The notes under the pieces: generated by a model
Databases searched by the model: none
What the model saw: only the letters and a program-made list of their open reading frames with translations
Told to the model about the DNA's origin: nothing
Shown here: positions 25,910 through 38,340 of the stretch, in pieces
How positions within the stretch are numbered: the stretch's first letter is position 1
Layout: the number at the start of each line of letters is the position of its first letter
Source of the DNA: Malacoraja senta
Taxonomy: Eukaryota
Assembly: GCA_038087875.1 (NCBI GenBank)
Contig: CM075977.1
Location: 131,564,001-131,628,000 of the forward strand
DNA: 64,000 bases
Reading direction: 5' to 3'
Program-made: the position numbers and the translations under genes

Positions 25910-26450
25910 TGGCGGCACAGTAGCGCAGGTGGTAGCTTTTCAGCACCAGCGACACAGGTTTGATTCTGACCTCAGGTGCTGTTTGTGTGGACCTCCCATG
26001 TTCTCCCTGTGACCGTGTGGCTTTCCTTCTGATGGTTTTGTTTCTTCCCATATCCCCAAGACTTGCGGGTTGATAGGTTATTAGGCCTCTGTAAATCATA
26101 GCTAGTGTTAAGGGAGCGGATGTGAAAGCGGGATAACATAGAACGAATATGAACAAGTGACCAATGTTCAACGTGGACTTAGTGTTAAAGAAGGAACTGC
26201 AGATGCTGGAAAATCGAAGGTACACAAAAATGCTGGAGAAACTCAGCGGGTGCAGCAGCATCTATGGAGCGAAGGAAATAGGTAACGTTTCGGGCCGAGT
26301 CTGAAGAAGGGTTTCGGCCCGAAACGTTACCTATTTCCTTCGCTCCATAGATGCTGCTGCACCCGCTGAGTTTCTCCAGCATTTTTGTGTACCTTCAACG
26401 TGGACTTGTTGGGCCGAAGTCCCAGCTTCTCTCAATTCTACTCAGCTCAA
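25910..26450 (+). mobile_element. V-SINE containing a palindromic PLE-derived insertion (26188-26396)
   Basis: SINE head GGCGGCACAGTAGCGCAG; perfect 83-bp inverted arms 26216-26298 / 26314-26396; AACGTGGACTT repeated on both sides. Confidence 0.85.
26301..26329 (+). ncRNA. Minimal type I hammerhead-ribozyme-like core of PLE terminal repeat
   Basis: CUGAAGA-A-GGGU(UUCG)GCCC-GAAACGUU: conserved CUGAnGA and GAAA boxes, stem II tetraloop hairpin, palindromic ACGU stem III. Confidence 0.65.
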
Positions 26451-27995
26451 TAAATACTTGAGTTCCTCAACATTCCTCAGTGGTCTACTATTCATAAGGT
26501 GCATGACCTCACCCTTATGAGGAGTAAATTCAATTTTGCATCGCTCTGTCCATCACCATCTACTGATCAATATTGTGCTCAAGGGATAGTTCTACCTGCA
26601 GGATATTAAAGTAATTGAATTACATGGGCCTTTCTGTGAAAAGATGTTTAACGTCCCATATGGCTCCTTCATTCTTGCAATCTTCTCGTCGATCAAGAGG
26701 ACGCATGTAACAAGTGCCAAAGCATAATTAGTGAAAAAAAATCAAATTTCAGATGTTAGAATGTAAATAAAATGAAATATTTTCTCTTATGAAGCTATGA
26801 GAAATTTTAGTGAATTAGGTGTCAATAGGAGCTGGCAAACACAGTGAAAAAGAGAATTTGGTTGGTTTCAATTTTTGTTGATGTCGGAACCTTTAATACA
26901 ACATCATGTCAGCTGCTATTTCTCCAGTGAAACATCTGATTACTCAAACAGATGAAAACCCTTCTGTTTCAACCTTCAATGAATTTAAAGTAGCTCAGAA
27001 CAGAAGGTTGATCATTTTAGCGCTCCTATTTACCAGCAGACAAAAGGGAATAGGAAGAGCATGGAAATAAGGTTATAAAGAAGGCTGTTAGAATAGCAAA
27101 GACAAAATATCAAATGAACTTCAAGGAATATTAAAAAATCACCAATATAACAGTGACTCAAGACCATTTATGAATGAAAACAAAATAGCAGCTGTTACTA
27201 AGATGGTCACGTTAGATATTTTGACAGTTTTGTCCAAAGAGGGAGACTCAATTGCAGATAGTTTTAAGAGTGCATTTGAGATTTTAAAAAGATATTTTAA
27301 AAGTAAACCAGCTGAATTTAAGGTGTAGTTTGGTTCGTTCCCAGAAGGGCATGATAGAAGAAGTGCTAATATCCAAACATAAAAGTAATAAGATGGGATC
27401 CATATCTTAAAAACTAGAGGCGGAGCTAATACAGGGCATTCTGGAGTGCTCAGCTGCCTGGGATAGAAAAGCCAGGAAAATATTTCTAAATGGTTGGAAA
27501 AGACTGCAAGAAAACCTATTTAACATGCATTGTTAAAAAGCTGGGGATTTTTTTAAGTAGCTGAAAGAATATGCAGGGAAAATGCATTGAACTTTGACTC
27601 ACAGAAGTCTAGAAATGAATGAAAAACATGTGCTGGTGCAACAGGCAGCATCTCTGGGCGACATGGATAGGTGACGTTTCAAGTCGGAACTCTTCTTCAA
27701 ACTGATTGAGGTGGGGTGGGGACGGGAGGGGGAAGCTGAAAAAGAGGTGGGTGTGGGATATACCCTTGCAAGAGGTGGGTAGATACAGGTCAGGGTGGTT
27801 TAATTAGAAGATGGGTGGATGAAGGATATCGATAAAAAGGAGATAATAGGAATGAAATGAAGCAGAGTAATGCTGCCTGCCAAACTGAGAAATGCCAGCA
27901 CTTTTTTTTTTTTTTGTAAACCTGAATCTGCAGTTCCTTGTGCCTAGAAATGAACGCCACATGAGGAATGCATGACAAAGGTCTATGTATCAAAG

Positions 27996-28277
27996 GGCAG
28001 CATGGTGGCACAGTGGTAGAGTTGCCTCCTTACAACACCAGAAACCTGGGTTTGATGCTGACTCTGGGTGCTTGTCTGTATGGAGTTTGTACATTCTCTA
28101 CGTGACCTGCATGTTTTTCCCCCCGGGAACGCCAGTTTCCTCCGATACTCCAAAAATGCATAGGGTTGTAGGTCAATTGGCTGCTTAAAATTGTAAATTA
28201 TATGTAAGATCGCTGGTCAGCGCAGACTCAGAGGGCCGAAGGGCCTGTTTCCATGCTGTATCTCTAAACTAAACTGG
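27996..28277 (+). mobile_element. V-SINE (HE1-like)
   Basis: GGGCAGCATGGTGGCACAGTGGTAGAG head, core, (TAAAC)n tail. Confidence 0.8.
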
Positions 28278-28337
28278 AATGAGGACCTGCACAGCAAATG
28301 GATTACATGGTGCTATCAAATACGGGATAGGAACTAA

Positions 28338-28653
28338 AAGCCCTGTTCCACTGTATGAGTTAATTCAAGAGTTCTCCCGAGTTTGCCCTGATTTGAACTC
28401 GGAGATTTATGGTAATGGCCACTCGTAGGTACTCAGGGCTCTCGTGGACATTTTTCAACATGTTGAAAAATCTTCACGAGTCTTCCCGAGCTTACCGTGT
28501 TTCCCGAGTACCTGCCGTTAGCATTACGAGCCGCTAAGAGACGTCCCCGAGCTCTGACGTACCCGCTACGTACATTCTACGTGCTTCCACGAGTTAGATT
28601 TTTTTTAAACTCGGGAGAGCTCTTGAATGAACTCGTACAGTGGGACAGGGCTT
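28338..28653. mobile_element. PIF/Harbinger-like MITE (316 bp)
   Basis: AAGCCCTGTTCCACTGTATGAGTTAATTCAAGAG...CTCTTGAATGAACTCGTACAGTGGGACAGGGCTT; TAA at 28335-37 and 28654-56. Confidence 0.85.
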
Positions 28654-30127
28654 TAACTGAAGTTTTTCAGGCGAAAGGTAAATTGGTAATTTGTCCCAGG
28701 CATCTATACTGTGAACCCTCTTGTTTATAATGCACTGAAGCAAGACTAGGCCGGTAGAGTGAAATAGTTTTTATTTACAGAAAACAAAACTAAAACTCGT
28801 GAAAACCACGTGCCTAGCTGAGCTTACAAACACAGCTCCTGTCGCTGGGAGGAGTGCTGATAACTAGCTAAAAGCTCGCGAACTAACCTCTGTGGTCACG
28901 TGAAGGGCCAAACAATGATGAGGGTTCTGACTTCCCAGCCCCACCACTAGGTGCCGCTACAGGACCCCCTCCCCCCCCCCCCCCCCCAGAACCAGAGGAA
29001 AGGAAACGAGCGGGAGTCCGAATCAGGCGGCCAGACCGAGTGAAGACAGGGGGAACCGGCATAACATGTACAACCGGCACAACAGGCGGAACAGGCACAA
29101 CAGGTGCAACCAGCGAAAGCGGGATAGCCAGCGGACGACCTCTACGCCGGGGTTGGGCCACCAAAATACAGATGGGTGGGCTTGAGGCGGGCCGCCGAAA
29201 CAATCTCCTCACGGCCCCCGACATCCAAAATAAAAGTCGCGATGCCAGGCCGCAACACCTGGAAAGGACCCTCATTAGGCCGCTGCAGCGGAGTCCGGTG
29301 CGAGTCCCTGCGGAACTAAAAGGCAGTCCTTGAGCGCAGGCGGAACATAAGAAGGAGCAACACCGTGGCGAGAGGTCAGAACAGGAGCCAGTCCACCCAC
29401 TTTCTCCCGAAGGTGCGCCAGCACAGACGAAGTGGGCTCCTGCGGCCCCCGAACCGCAGGAAGGAAATCACCGGGCACCTTCAGCGTGGAGCCATAAACC
29501 AGGTCCACAGAAGACATGTCCAAATCCGCCTTAGCGGCCGTGCGGATTCCCAGCAACACCCATGGCAACTCGTCCACCCAATCCGGGCCTGTGAGGCGCG
29601 CTTTCAACGCGGACTTCAGATGCCGGTGAAACCGCTCAACCAACCCGTCGGCCTGTGGATGGTACGCACTTGTGTGATGCAGCTGCGCACCGTACAGCTG
29701 AGCCATGGCTGACCACAGGGCAGAGGTGAACTGAGCACCGCGGTCTGAGGAGATGTCAGCAGGAACACCAAAACGTTCAGGCAGCGGAATGGCCTCGGGC
29801 CACCTCGTGAAACGGTTCACAATCATCAGCAAGTGGGTAGCACCCTGGGACATCGGCAGAGGATCCACCAGGTTGACATGAATGTGCTCGAACCGGTGTT
29901 GAGGGTCGGCGAAATCTTGGAGCGGTGCACGTACATGCCGCTGGAACTTGGACGTCTGGCAGGGAATGCAGGCCCTGGCCCAGGCCCTGGCCCCAACCTG
30001 CTTGCGGAGGCCATGCCAGACAAACTTGGCCGCCACCAATGCAGAAGTCGCCCGGATGGGAGGGTGGGCCAGCCCGTGAATGGAGTCAAACACACGCTGT
30101 TGCCAACCCGCTGGGACGATGGGCAAG

Positions 30128-33100
30128 TAGACAATAGACAATAGGTGCAGGAGTAGGCCATTCGGCCCTTCGAGCCAGCACCGCAATTCAATGTGATCAT
30201 GGCTGATCATCCCCAATCAGTACCCTATTCCTGCCCTCTCCCCATATCCCCTGACTCCGCTATTATTAAGAGCCCTATCTAGCTCACTCTTGAAAGCATC
30301 CAGAGAACCTGCCTCCACCGCCCTCTGAGGCAGAGAATTCCACAGACTCACCACTCTCTGTGAGAAAAAGTGTTTCCTCGTCTCCATTCTAAATGGCTTA
30401 CTGCTTATTCTTAAACTGTGGCTAAATGTTTAAGAAGGAACTGCAGATGCTAGAAAATCAAAGGTAGACAAAAGTGCTGGAGAAATTCAGCGGGTGCAGC
30501 AGCAGCTATGGAACGAAGGAAATAGGCAACGTTTCGGGCCAAAACCCTTCTTCAGACTGATGTAGGGTGGGGGGGGGGCGGGGAGAAGAAAGGAGAAAGG
30601 AAGAGGACAAGCCCAAGGGCTGAGGGAGAGCTGAGAAGGGGAGGAGACAGCAAGGGCTACCGGAAATTGGAGGTCAATGTTTATGCCGCTAGGGTGCAAA
30701 CTGCCCAAGCGGAATATGAGGTGCTGCTCCTCCAATTTCCGGTGGTGCTCACTCTGGCCATGGAGGAGGCCCAGGACAGAAAGGTCGGATTTGGAATGGG
30801 AGGGGGAATTGAAGTGCAGAGCCACAGGGAGATCAGGTTTTATTAATGCGGACCGAGCGGAGGTGTTCGGCGAAACGATCGCCAAGCCTACGCTTGGTCT
30901 CACCGATGTAGATCAGCTGACATCTAGAGCAGCGGATGCAATAGATGAGTTTGGAGGAGATGCAGGTCACACCTGGAACGACTGCTTGGGTCCTTGAATG
31001 GAGTCGAGGGGGGAGGTAAAGCGACAAGTGTAGCATCTCTTGCGGTTGCAAGGGAAAGTGCCCGGGGAGGGGGTGGTGCGGGAGGGAAGGGAAGAATTGA
31101 CCAGGGAGATACGGAGGGAGCGGTCTTTGCAGAAAGCAGACAGGGGGGTAATGGGAAGATGTGGCAAGTGGTCGGGTCACGTTGGAGGTGGCGAAAATGA
31201 CGGAGGACTATTTGTTGTATGTGACGGCTAGTGGGGTGAAAGGTGAGGACTAGGGGGACTCTGCCCTTGTTATGAGTGGGGGGATGGGGAGAGAGAGCAG
31301 TGTTAGGGTATTGAAGAGACCCTGGTGAGAGCCTCATCTATAGTAGGGGAGGGGAACCCCCGTTCCCTGAAGAATAAGGACATTTCCGATGCCCTGGTGT
31401 GGAACACCTCATCCTGGGAGCAGATGCGGCATAGACGTAGGAATTGGGAGTAGGGGATGGAGTCCTTACAGGAAGCAGGGTGGGAAGAAGTGTAGTCCAG
31501 ATAGCCATGGGAGTCAGTGGATTTATAGTGGATGTCGGTCAGAAGTCTATCACCTGCGATGGAGATAGTGAGGTCAAGATATTGTAGGGAAGTGTCGGAA
31601 ATGGTCCAGGTGTATTTGAGTGCCGAATGGAAGTTAGTGGTGAAGCGGATGTAGTCAGTCAGTTGTGTGTGGGTGCAGGAGGTAGCACCAAAGCAATTGT
31701 CGATGTAGCGGAGGTAGAGGTCAGGGAGGGGGCCCTGGTATGCCTCGAACAAGGATTGTTCGACGTACCCTACAAAGAGCAGGCATAGCTGGGGCCCATG
31801 CACGTGCCAATAGCTATGCCTTGTATTTGGAGGAAATGGGAGGAGTCAAATGAGAAGTTATTAAAGGTAAGGACCAGCTCCGCTAGGCAGAGGAGAGTAT
31901 CTGTAGATGGGGATTGGTTGGTTCTCCGGTCGAGGAAGAACCGGAGGGCTTTGAAACCCTCCTGGTGGGGGATGGTGGTGTAGAGTGACTGGACGTCCAT
32001 GATGAAGATGAGGGGATGGAGGCCTAGCGAATGGAATGCCCGGAGATGACGGAGAGTGTCTGAGATCTCTTGAACATAGGTAGGGAGGGATTTAACCAGG
32101 GGGGGATAGGATGGAGTAAAGGTATGTGGAAATAAGTTCGGTATGGCACGAACAGGCAGAGACAATGGGTCTACCAGGACAGTCAGGTTTGTGGATTTTG
32201 GGGGAAGGTAAAATCGGGCAGTGCGGAGCTGTGGAATGATAAGGCTGGAGGCTTGGGAGGGCAGGGAGCCGGAGTGGATGAAGTCAGTGATGGTGCTAGA
32301 GATAGTAGCCTGGTGCTCGTCTGTGGGGTCATGGTCCAGGGGTAGGTAGGAGGAGGTGTCCAAGAGTTGGCGCGTGGCCTCAGCTTTGTAGAGATCGACG
32401 CGCAAGACTACCATGGCACCTCCCTTGTCGGCGGGTTTGATAACCCGGTCTGGGTTGTTGCGGAGTGAGTCGATGGCTGTACGTTTAGGGGGAAGAGTTT
32501 GGAGTGAGACAGGGGAGTGGAGAAGTTTAGGAGCTTGATGTCCCGCCGGCAATTTTGAATAAAAAGGTCTAAAGCCGGAAGGCCATGAGGGGGGATCCAC
32601 GAGGAGGGGGTTCGTTGGAGACGGGAAAGGGGCCCCTGGTTCTGGACTCCCCCAATATCAGGAACATGTTTCCTGCCTCTAGCGTGTCCAAAACCTTAAC
32701 AATCTTATATGATTCAATGAGATCCCCTATCATCCTTCTAAACTCCAGAGAGTACAAGCCCAGCTGCTCCATTCTCTCAGTATGTGACAGTCCCACCATC
32801 CCAGGAATTAATCTTGTAAACCTACGCTGCACTCCCTCAATAGCAAGAATGTCCTTCCTCAAATTAGAGTACCAAAACTGCACACAATACTCCAGGTGTG
32901 GTCTCACTAGGGCTCTGTACAACTGCAGAAGGACATCTTTGCTCCTATATTCGATTCCTCTTGTTATAAAGGACAACATGCCATTCACTTTCTTCACTGC
33001 CTGCTGTACCTGCATGCTTACTCTCATAGACTGATGTACAAGGACCCCCTGATCTCGTTGTACTTCCCCTTTTCCCAACTTGACGCCATTTAGATAGTAA

Positions 33101-33460
33101 TCTGCCTGCCTGTTTTTGATACCAAAGTGGATAACCTCACATTTATCCGCATTAAACTTCATCTGCCATGCATCTGCCCACTCCCCCAACCTGTCCAAGT
33201 CACCCTGCATTCTCAAATCCTCCTCCTCACAGTTCATACTGCCACCCAGCTTTGTGTCATCTGCAAATTTGCTAATGTTACTTTGAATCCCTTCATCCAA
33301 ATCATTGATGTATATTGTAAATGGCTGCGTTCCCAGCACTGAGCCTTGCGGTACCCACTATTCACTGCCTGCCATTCTGAAAGGGACCCGTTAATCCCTA
33401 CTCTTTGTTTCCTGTCTGCCAACCACTTCTCTATCCATGTCAGCACTCTACCCCCAATAC
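30128..33460 (-). mobile_element. CR1 (HER1-like) LINE inserted in the Gypsy, itself split by a PLE
   Basis: ORF 32569-33339 INDLD...SKFADDTK...LVRPHLEYCVQFW...TRG; 3' tail 30128-30422 with (GACAATA)n; TTAAACTGTGGC|CCCTGGTTC joins across the PLE. Confidence 0.9.
30424..32630 (-). mobile_element. Penelope-like element: RT + GIY-YIG endonuclease + terminal repeat, frameshifted
   Basis: IKPADKGGAMVV, MDVQSLYTTIP, GIAIGTCMGPSYA, RYIDN (YIDD variant), LIYCIRCSRCQLIYIGETKRRLGDRFAEH; hammerhead-like core near 30526-30553 on minus. Confidence 0.92.
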
Positions 33461-34344
33461 TGTCTCCACCGCGGCAGTCCACAAGACAGTCACATCTGAG
33501 GGCCCGAGCAGGACATCTTCCAACACCAGCCCCGAAACAGCATTATGATAGGCAATCGTCCCCATCTCATTGCGCAGCAGCCAGCCCAGAATAGTCAATG
33601 CCCGGGGCCATGGACAGCACGGCATGGATCGCAGGACGAGATAAGGCATCAGTGACCTGGTTCAGTTTGCCCGCCACGTGCTGGACTGGTGGTAAATTCG
33701 GAAACGAACGCCAGGTGCCGCTGTTGGCGAGCAGACCGGGGTCGGACACCTTCGTGAATGCAAAATTGAGGGGCTTGTGATCAGTAAATGCATTGAAGGG
33801 CCTGGCCTCCAGGAAATACCGGAAATGCCGTAATGCCAAATAAAGAGCTCATGGTCGAACGCACTGTAGTTCCGCTCAGGGGGGCATAGGTGCCGGCTGA
33901 AAAAGGCAAGCGGCTGCCAGCGAACGTCGATAAACTGATTGAGGACCTCCCCGATGGCAGTATCTGAAGCATCGACAGTGAGGCCGGTTGGGGCAGCAGC
34001 CCGTGGGTGCACAAGCTTGGTGGTGTTTGCCAGCGCCTCCTTGGAACTGTCAAAAGCAGCTATGGTCTCGGCATCCCACACCAGGTCCCGCGGCTTGCCA
34101 GCCAGGCACTGGAACAGAGGCCGCATGACCCGGGCTGCCGCTGGCACAAAACGATGGTAAAGGTTAATCATCCCCACGAACTCCTGGATCCCTTTAATGG
34201 TGAGCGGTCGAGGAAACTGCCAAATCGCCTAAACCTTGCCGGGGAGAGTCGTAGCGCCCTGTGTGGTAACGTGGCGTCCGAGGAAGGAAATGAAGCTGAG
34301 ACCAAATTGGCACTTGGCAGTGTTAATAATGGTACCCAGACGTG

Positions 34345-34620
34345 GCGTCGAAGGACGAGAAGCCGAAGCAAAGAAATGGAAGCCAAACAACCGAACGGAA
34401 ACAAAGCCGGAACGCCAAATAACCAAAAGCGTACGAAGCCGAAACGCCAACTAACCGAAAGGGTGGGATGCCTAAAAGCCAACTAACCGAAAGGGTGGGA
34501 CGCCTAAAAGCAAACACACCGAAAGGCCGCTCTGCCGAAACGCCAACTCACCGAGAGTCTGCGTCGCCTACAAGCCAACTCACCGAATCCCGCTCTGCCG
34601 AAAAGTCAAATAACGGACAT
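34345..34620. repeat. Degenerate tandem array of about 16-bp units (32-bp higher-order period) with RCCGAA cores
   Basis: GCCAACTAACCGAAAGGGTGGGATGCCTAAAA repeated at 34446 and 34478, with diverged copies on both sides. Confidence 0.8.
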
Positions 34621-35221
34621 GATGTCCCCGGGGGTGGGGGGGGGGCGGGACTTGTCAGCGATTGGTCCAGACCCCGCGTCCATCACATCACTGGCCAGTG
34701 GAGACGGGAGGGTGGGGGTCATTTTCCCACACAAGCCATAGGTGACTGTGCACTCTGAACCCGAGTTGTAAGCGACCGTAGGAGCGCATCCCTCGGGACA
34801 GCCCACACTCTCCCATGGCCACGGCCGCCCTCCGCCTCGTCTCTCCCATGCGGCCGCACTGTGACAGGCTGTGTGTCGGCAGCACCGGGTGGAGCAGAGG
34901 TGTGGGACAGGCTAGTCCCTCCGCCCTCCCAGAGTCACTGACCCCGATGTACCGCATTAAAACTCAAGTAAGAGTTACAGATTTAAAAACAAAAATGTTA
35001 CATGTATAAATAGTTCTTACATTCAGGAACCTGGTTAATTAAGTGGTGGGATTATTTCCCTGTCCTAACTATGCCTTTACTTTAGTTTCAGATTTTTATC
35101 AACCACAGGTTTTCTGCTATGATCAATCAATAAAGCTATTATTACTTTACCCTGGAATGACACAATAAATTAAATGATCATTGGTCTTTTTTTGTAACTA
35201 TTAATTCCAATTCTCTTCTGC

Positions 35222-35440
35222 TTAAAGTCTGGCAAATGTTGTGATAGTACCTGCCTCAACAACCCCCTCCGGCGGCTCGTTCCACATTCCTACCACCCTC
35301 CAAGTGAAAATGTTACCCTTCAGGTTGTGATTAAATCTTGCCCCTCTTACCTTAAACCTCATGTCCTCCCGTTCTTGATTCTCCTTCTCTGGTAACAGAC
35401 TTTGTGCATTCACCCTATCTAAATCCCTCATTGTATACAT
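35222..35440 (-). mobile_element. CR1 fragment
   Basis: FKVRGARFNHNLKGNIFTWRVVGMWNEPPEGVVEAGTI. Confidence 0.75.
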
Positions 35441-37436
35441 TTGTGTAAAATAGTTACTTGATAGAGTTTTGTGGAATCTGCACCCAGAAAACATCCAAAC
35501 AGTAGCCACTGCCTTCCAGAAAGAAAAGGGGAACAAATTCAAAAACAATAGCCTTGCAGTTAACAAAGTGAAATACTTAACAGCCATCCAGCTGATTACA
35601 GGAACCCAGAGATGCAGCACAGCACTTACTCTACATCTCTGCTGCAATTTGGGAGTTGTTTCACGGTGAGCTACTGCCGTTAAATGTGACAGTTGAGATA
35701 ATTTTTAACCTCCCACATGTCAGCTCAAGCAAATAGCAGACTGTTCAAAAAATGAGGTTGATATTCATGCTTACTGTACTTTTTCTATCTACGGAATAGG
35801 AAAGAGAAAAGTTGCATACTGAGATGTAAGAGGCCATTTGCACTTGCTTGCACTACCAACATACATCATTTCCCCTGTTCATTGGAACAATTAAATGAAA
35901 ACTCTATTGAAATAGGGAGAATATTATCTAAGCATGTATGTGAATACAGAATGGAATATTAGCACAAACAGTGAATGAGAAATGTTCAGCAAGCTTTTAT
36001 TTGAAACATAAAATACTTTGTGACCTTAGGATAGCCCAAGGCACTGAGCTGTGAATGAGGGAGTTCAGAGGCAGTCATTTCTGAAAGAAAGGAAAGGTGA
36101 CAGTCAATGTGCATATAACAAGCCTCCATACACTGTAATACCATAATAGCTAGATAATTGTTTTCTTACTGGCTTAGAGAGAGAGATAAATATCAGACAG
36201 ACCAGTGGGACTAACATTCCAGCTCTTGTTCGAAATGGTCCAAGGCAATATTTTGCATCCAAATGGCAGACCAAATTAGATCTCAGTTTAACCTTTCACA
36301 CAAAAGACAACATTTCTAAAGTATTCTGAATTAGTCCACAAATCTGCCTCAGCCTTTAGAATGTTGGAGGTCATTGATTTAAAGCCCAAAGATAAGAAAG
36401 TTATCACTTGAACCTTAAAACTACTTTTTTTTGTCTAAAACAAAGTAGATTTGTTCTCATGGGCTGACAAGGGCATATTCATAGGTTGTAAAGATGCATT
36501 GAGCTAGTAGTGATAAGTCCTTGTCCATTTGCTCCTGTGAATGCATAAGGTATGCTTGCACTGCCCTGAAAGTACATGTCAGGGAGGTCTTCTGGCCTTT
36601 TCATACTGCACACTTCCCTGTAACTTACAACCTTTTTTTGCAATGTCTCCAATTAATCTCAAACCCCACACATCCAAGTTCTGCCTAGCTCGTGGGTTTC
36701 CCAGGTCAGTCATTTATTGAATATCAAGTAACGTCCAATCTCCCTTTTGATCACCACAGGTTAGCTTGAACTGATGCTGGTGACTCAGCTAAGGTCAATT
36801 GTTAATGTGCCGAGCCAAAAAGCAGAATACTTAACACTGGGTCTGTAGTAAGGCTAGTATGTTATCAGTATAGCTATCAACAGCTTATTTAGTTGTTCAT
36901 GCTCTCACCCAAACATGAGAATGCAAGACCAGTTTTGGGCAATAAATGGGTGAACTTCCACATTCAAAAGCCAACAAGGAGAGTAGGAAGTGAGCAGCAA
37001 GATGGTATTAAGATTATTGTACATTGTATTAAGGTGGATGATTAGCCGCAATCATACAGCACAGCCCAATCCCTATGCCCAGATTTGGTAGCAATCAACT
37101 TTATCCCCAGTGATATACTAATGTTTAATAAATCGATGCTAGTGAACATCCTTTAATCAGATGTACAGAAATAAAGATTTCAGACACTTCAGGCTGAAAG
37201 AAGGGTCCCGACCCATAACATCACCCTCCCTTTTTCTCCAGAGATGCTACCTGACCTAGTAAATTACTCCAGCACTTTGTGCCTATCGTTCAAAGAATCA
37301 TTTGATCCATCTGCTTTGTCATAATTGAATATTATCAGGACATTAGTCTGAACCAGAAGCTTAAAGACTCAAAATTAAATACAAAAAGTACTGGAAACAT
37401 CTGAGGAAAGAGAAACAGTTACTGATTCAGATCCAA

Positions 37437-37437
<1 letters not shown>

Positions 37438-37488
<51 letters not shown>

Positions 37489-38340
37489 ATTATACTTATG
37501 GGCGCCTTTCAAAGACTCTCAAGGACGCCTTACAAATTGTAATAAGCAGATTACAAAACATATAAGCAGAATAAAACAAAAAACAAAAACAAATAGTAGG
37601 TACATCAACAACACACAATTCAAAGAGAGAACAGCAGCAGCTTAACGCGCCAGTGTTCACTCTCCCTTCCGGCAGCCATCTTGGAGACAAAACAATCAAA
37701 ACACCTTTTAACATTGAACATCCACCACAGTGACTCCTACACACGCCTCACCGTGATAGATGGCGAAATATAGTTCAAGTCCTTCCCCTTGCTCTTCCGC
37801 GGTCATGGGCCTCGAGCCCCCGTTGACGGGACGATCTTGACTCCCATAGTCGGTGTTCGGGCCCTCTGCATCAAGGCACTCCACTCCCGCATCGGGGGGT
37901 TGTCAGCTCCCCCGCGCCAGGCGAACGAACCTCAAGTCGGGGCAGGTCGAGCTTTCCGCGGCGTTGGAGCTCCCGACTAGCCTCACCCCAGGACTGCGAG
38001 CCCTTGGTGATAAAGTACGCGGTGGTCACAGTATGAGCGATCCCAGGCAAGGGATCCGCTCTGATGTAAGTCCACACCCCGCAGTGGGGCTCATGACATT
38101 CCGAGGAGGCTTCCAGCTCCAGCGATGGTAGGCCGCAGAGCCCGGAAATGTGATCCGAAAATTAATCACATCTCCGGGAAGGTAAGAACTTGAAAAAAGT
38201 TTCCCTCTCCCCCCCTTCCCCCTCCCCCTACATGAAACATACCAGAAGAACATTAAAACGAACTTCTAACAGACTGAAAAATAACAAAAGCAATGAAAAG
38301 ACAGCAGACTATCATTGGGCTGCCATCTTCCCCCGTGGCC
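37438..38340 (-). mobile_element. GC-rich non-autonomous retroposon with L2-like tail and (TAA)n
   Basis: Minus strand ends TGTAAGGCGTCCTTGAGAGTCTTTGAAAGGCGCCCATAA...(TAA)n; shares blocks with 55548-56598. Confidence 0.6.

Larger units (their letters stand above)
28710..34335 (-). mobile_element. Gypsy LTR retrotransposon, 5'-truncated (RT end, RNase H, integrase, PPT, 3' LTR about 28710-28961), with nested insertions
   Basis: KCQFGLSFISFLGRHV; LTVDASDTAIG; FTDHKPL; HGLAHP...CIPCQ; SDRGAQFTS...AYHPQADGLVERFHR; G-run PPT before TGTAGC. Confidence 0.9.

Noticed and set aside
29275-30216. Stand-alone or domesticated integrase gene
   Set aside because: Its N-terminus comes from the inserted CR1 tail, and the integrase has an internal deletion and a D-to-N change at the first catalytic position (HVNLV).
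34345-34620. CRISPR-like periodic repeat
   Set aside because: Units are contiguous and degenerate with no unique spacers, there are no cas genes, and the context is eukaryotic.
35770-35812. Minus-strand microexon candidate
   Set aside because: The 14-nt length is not frame-preserving and nothing else supports it.
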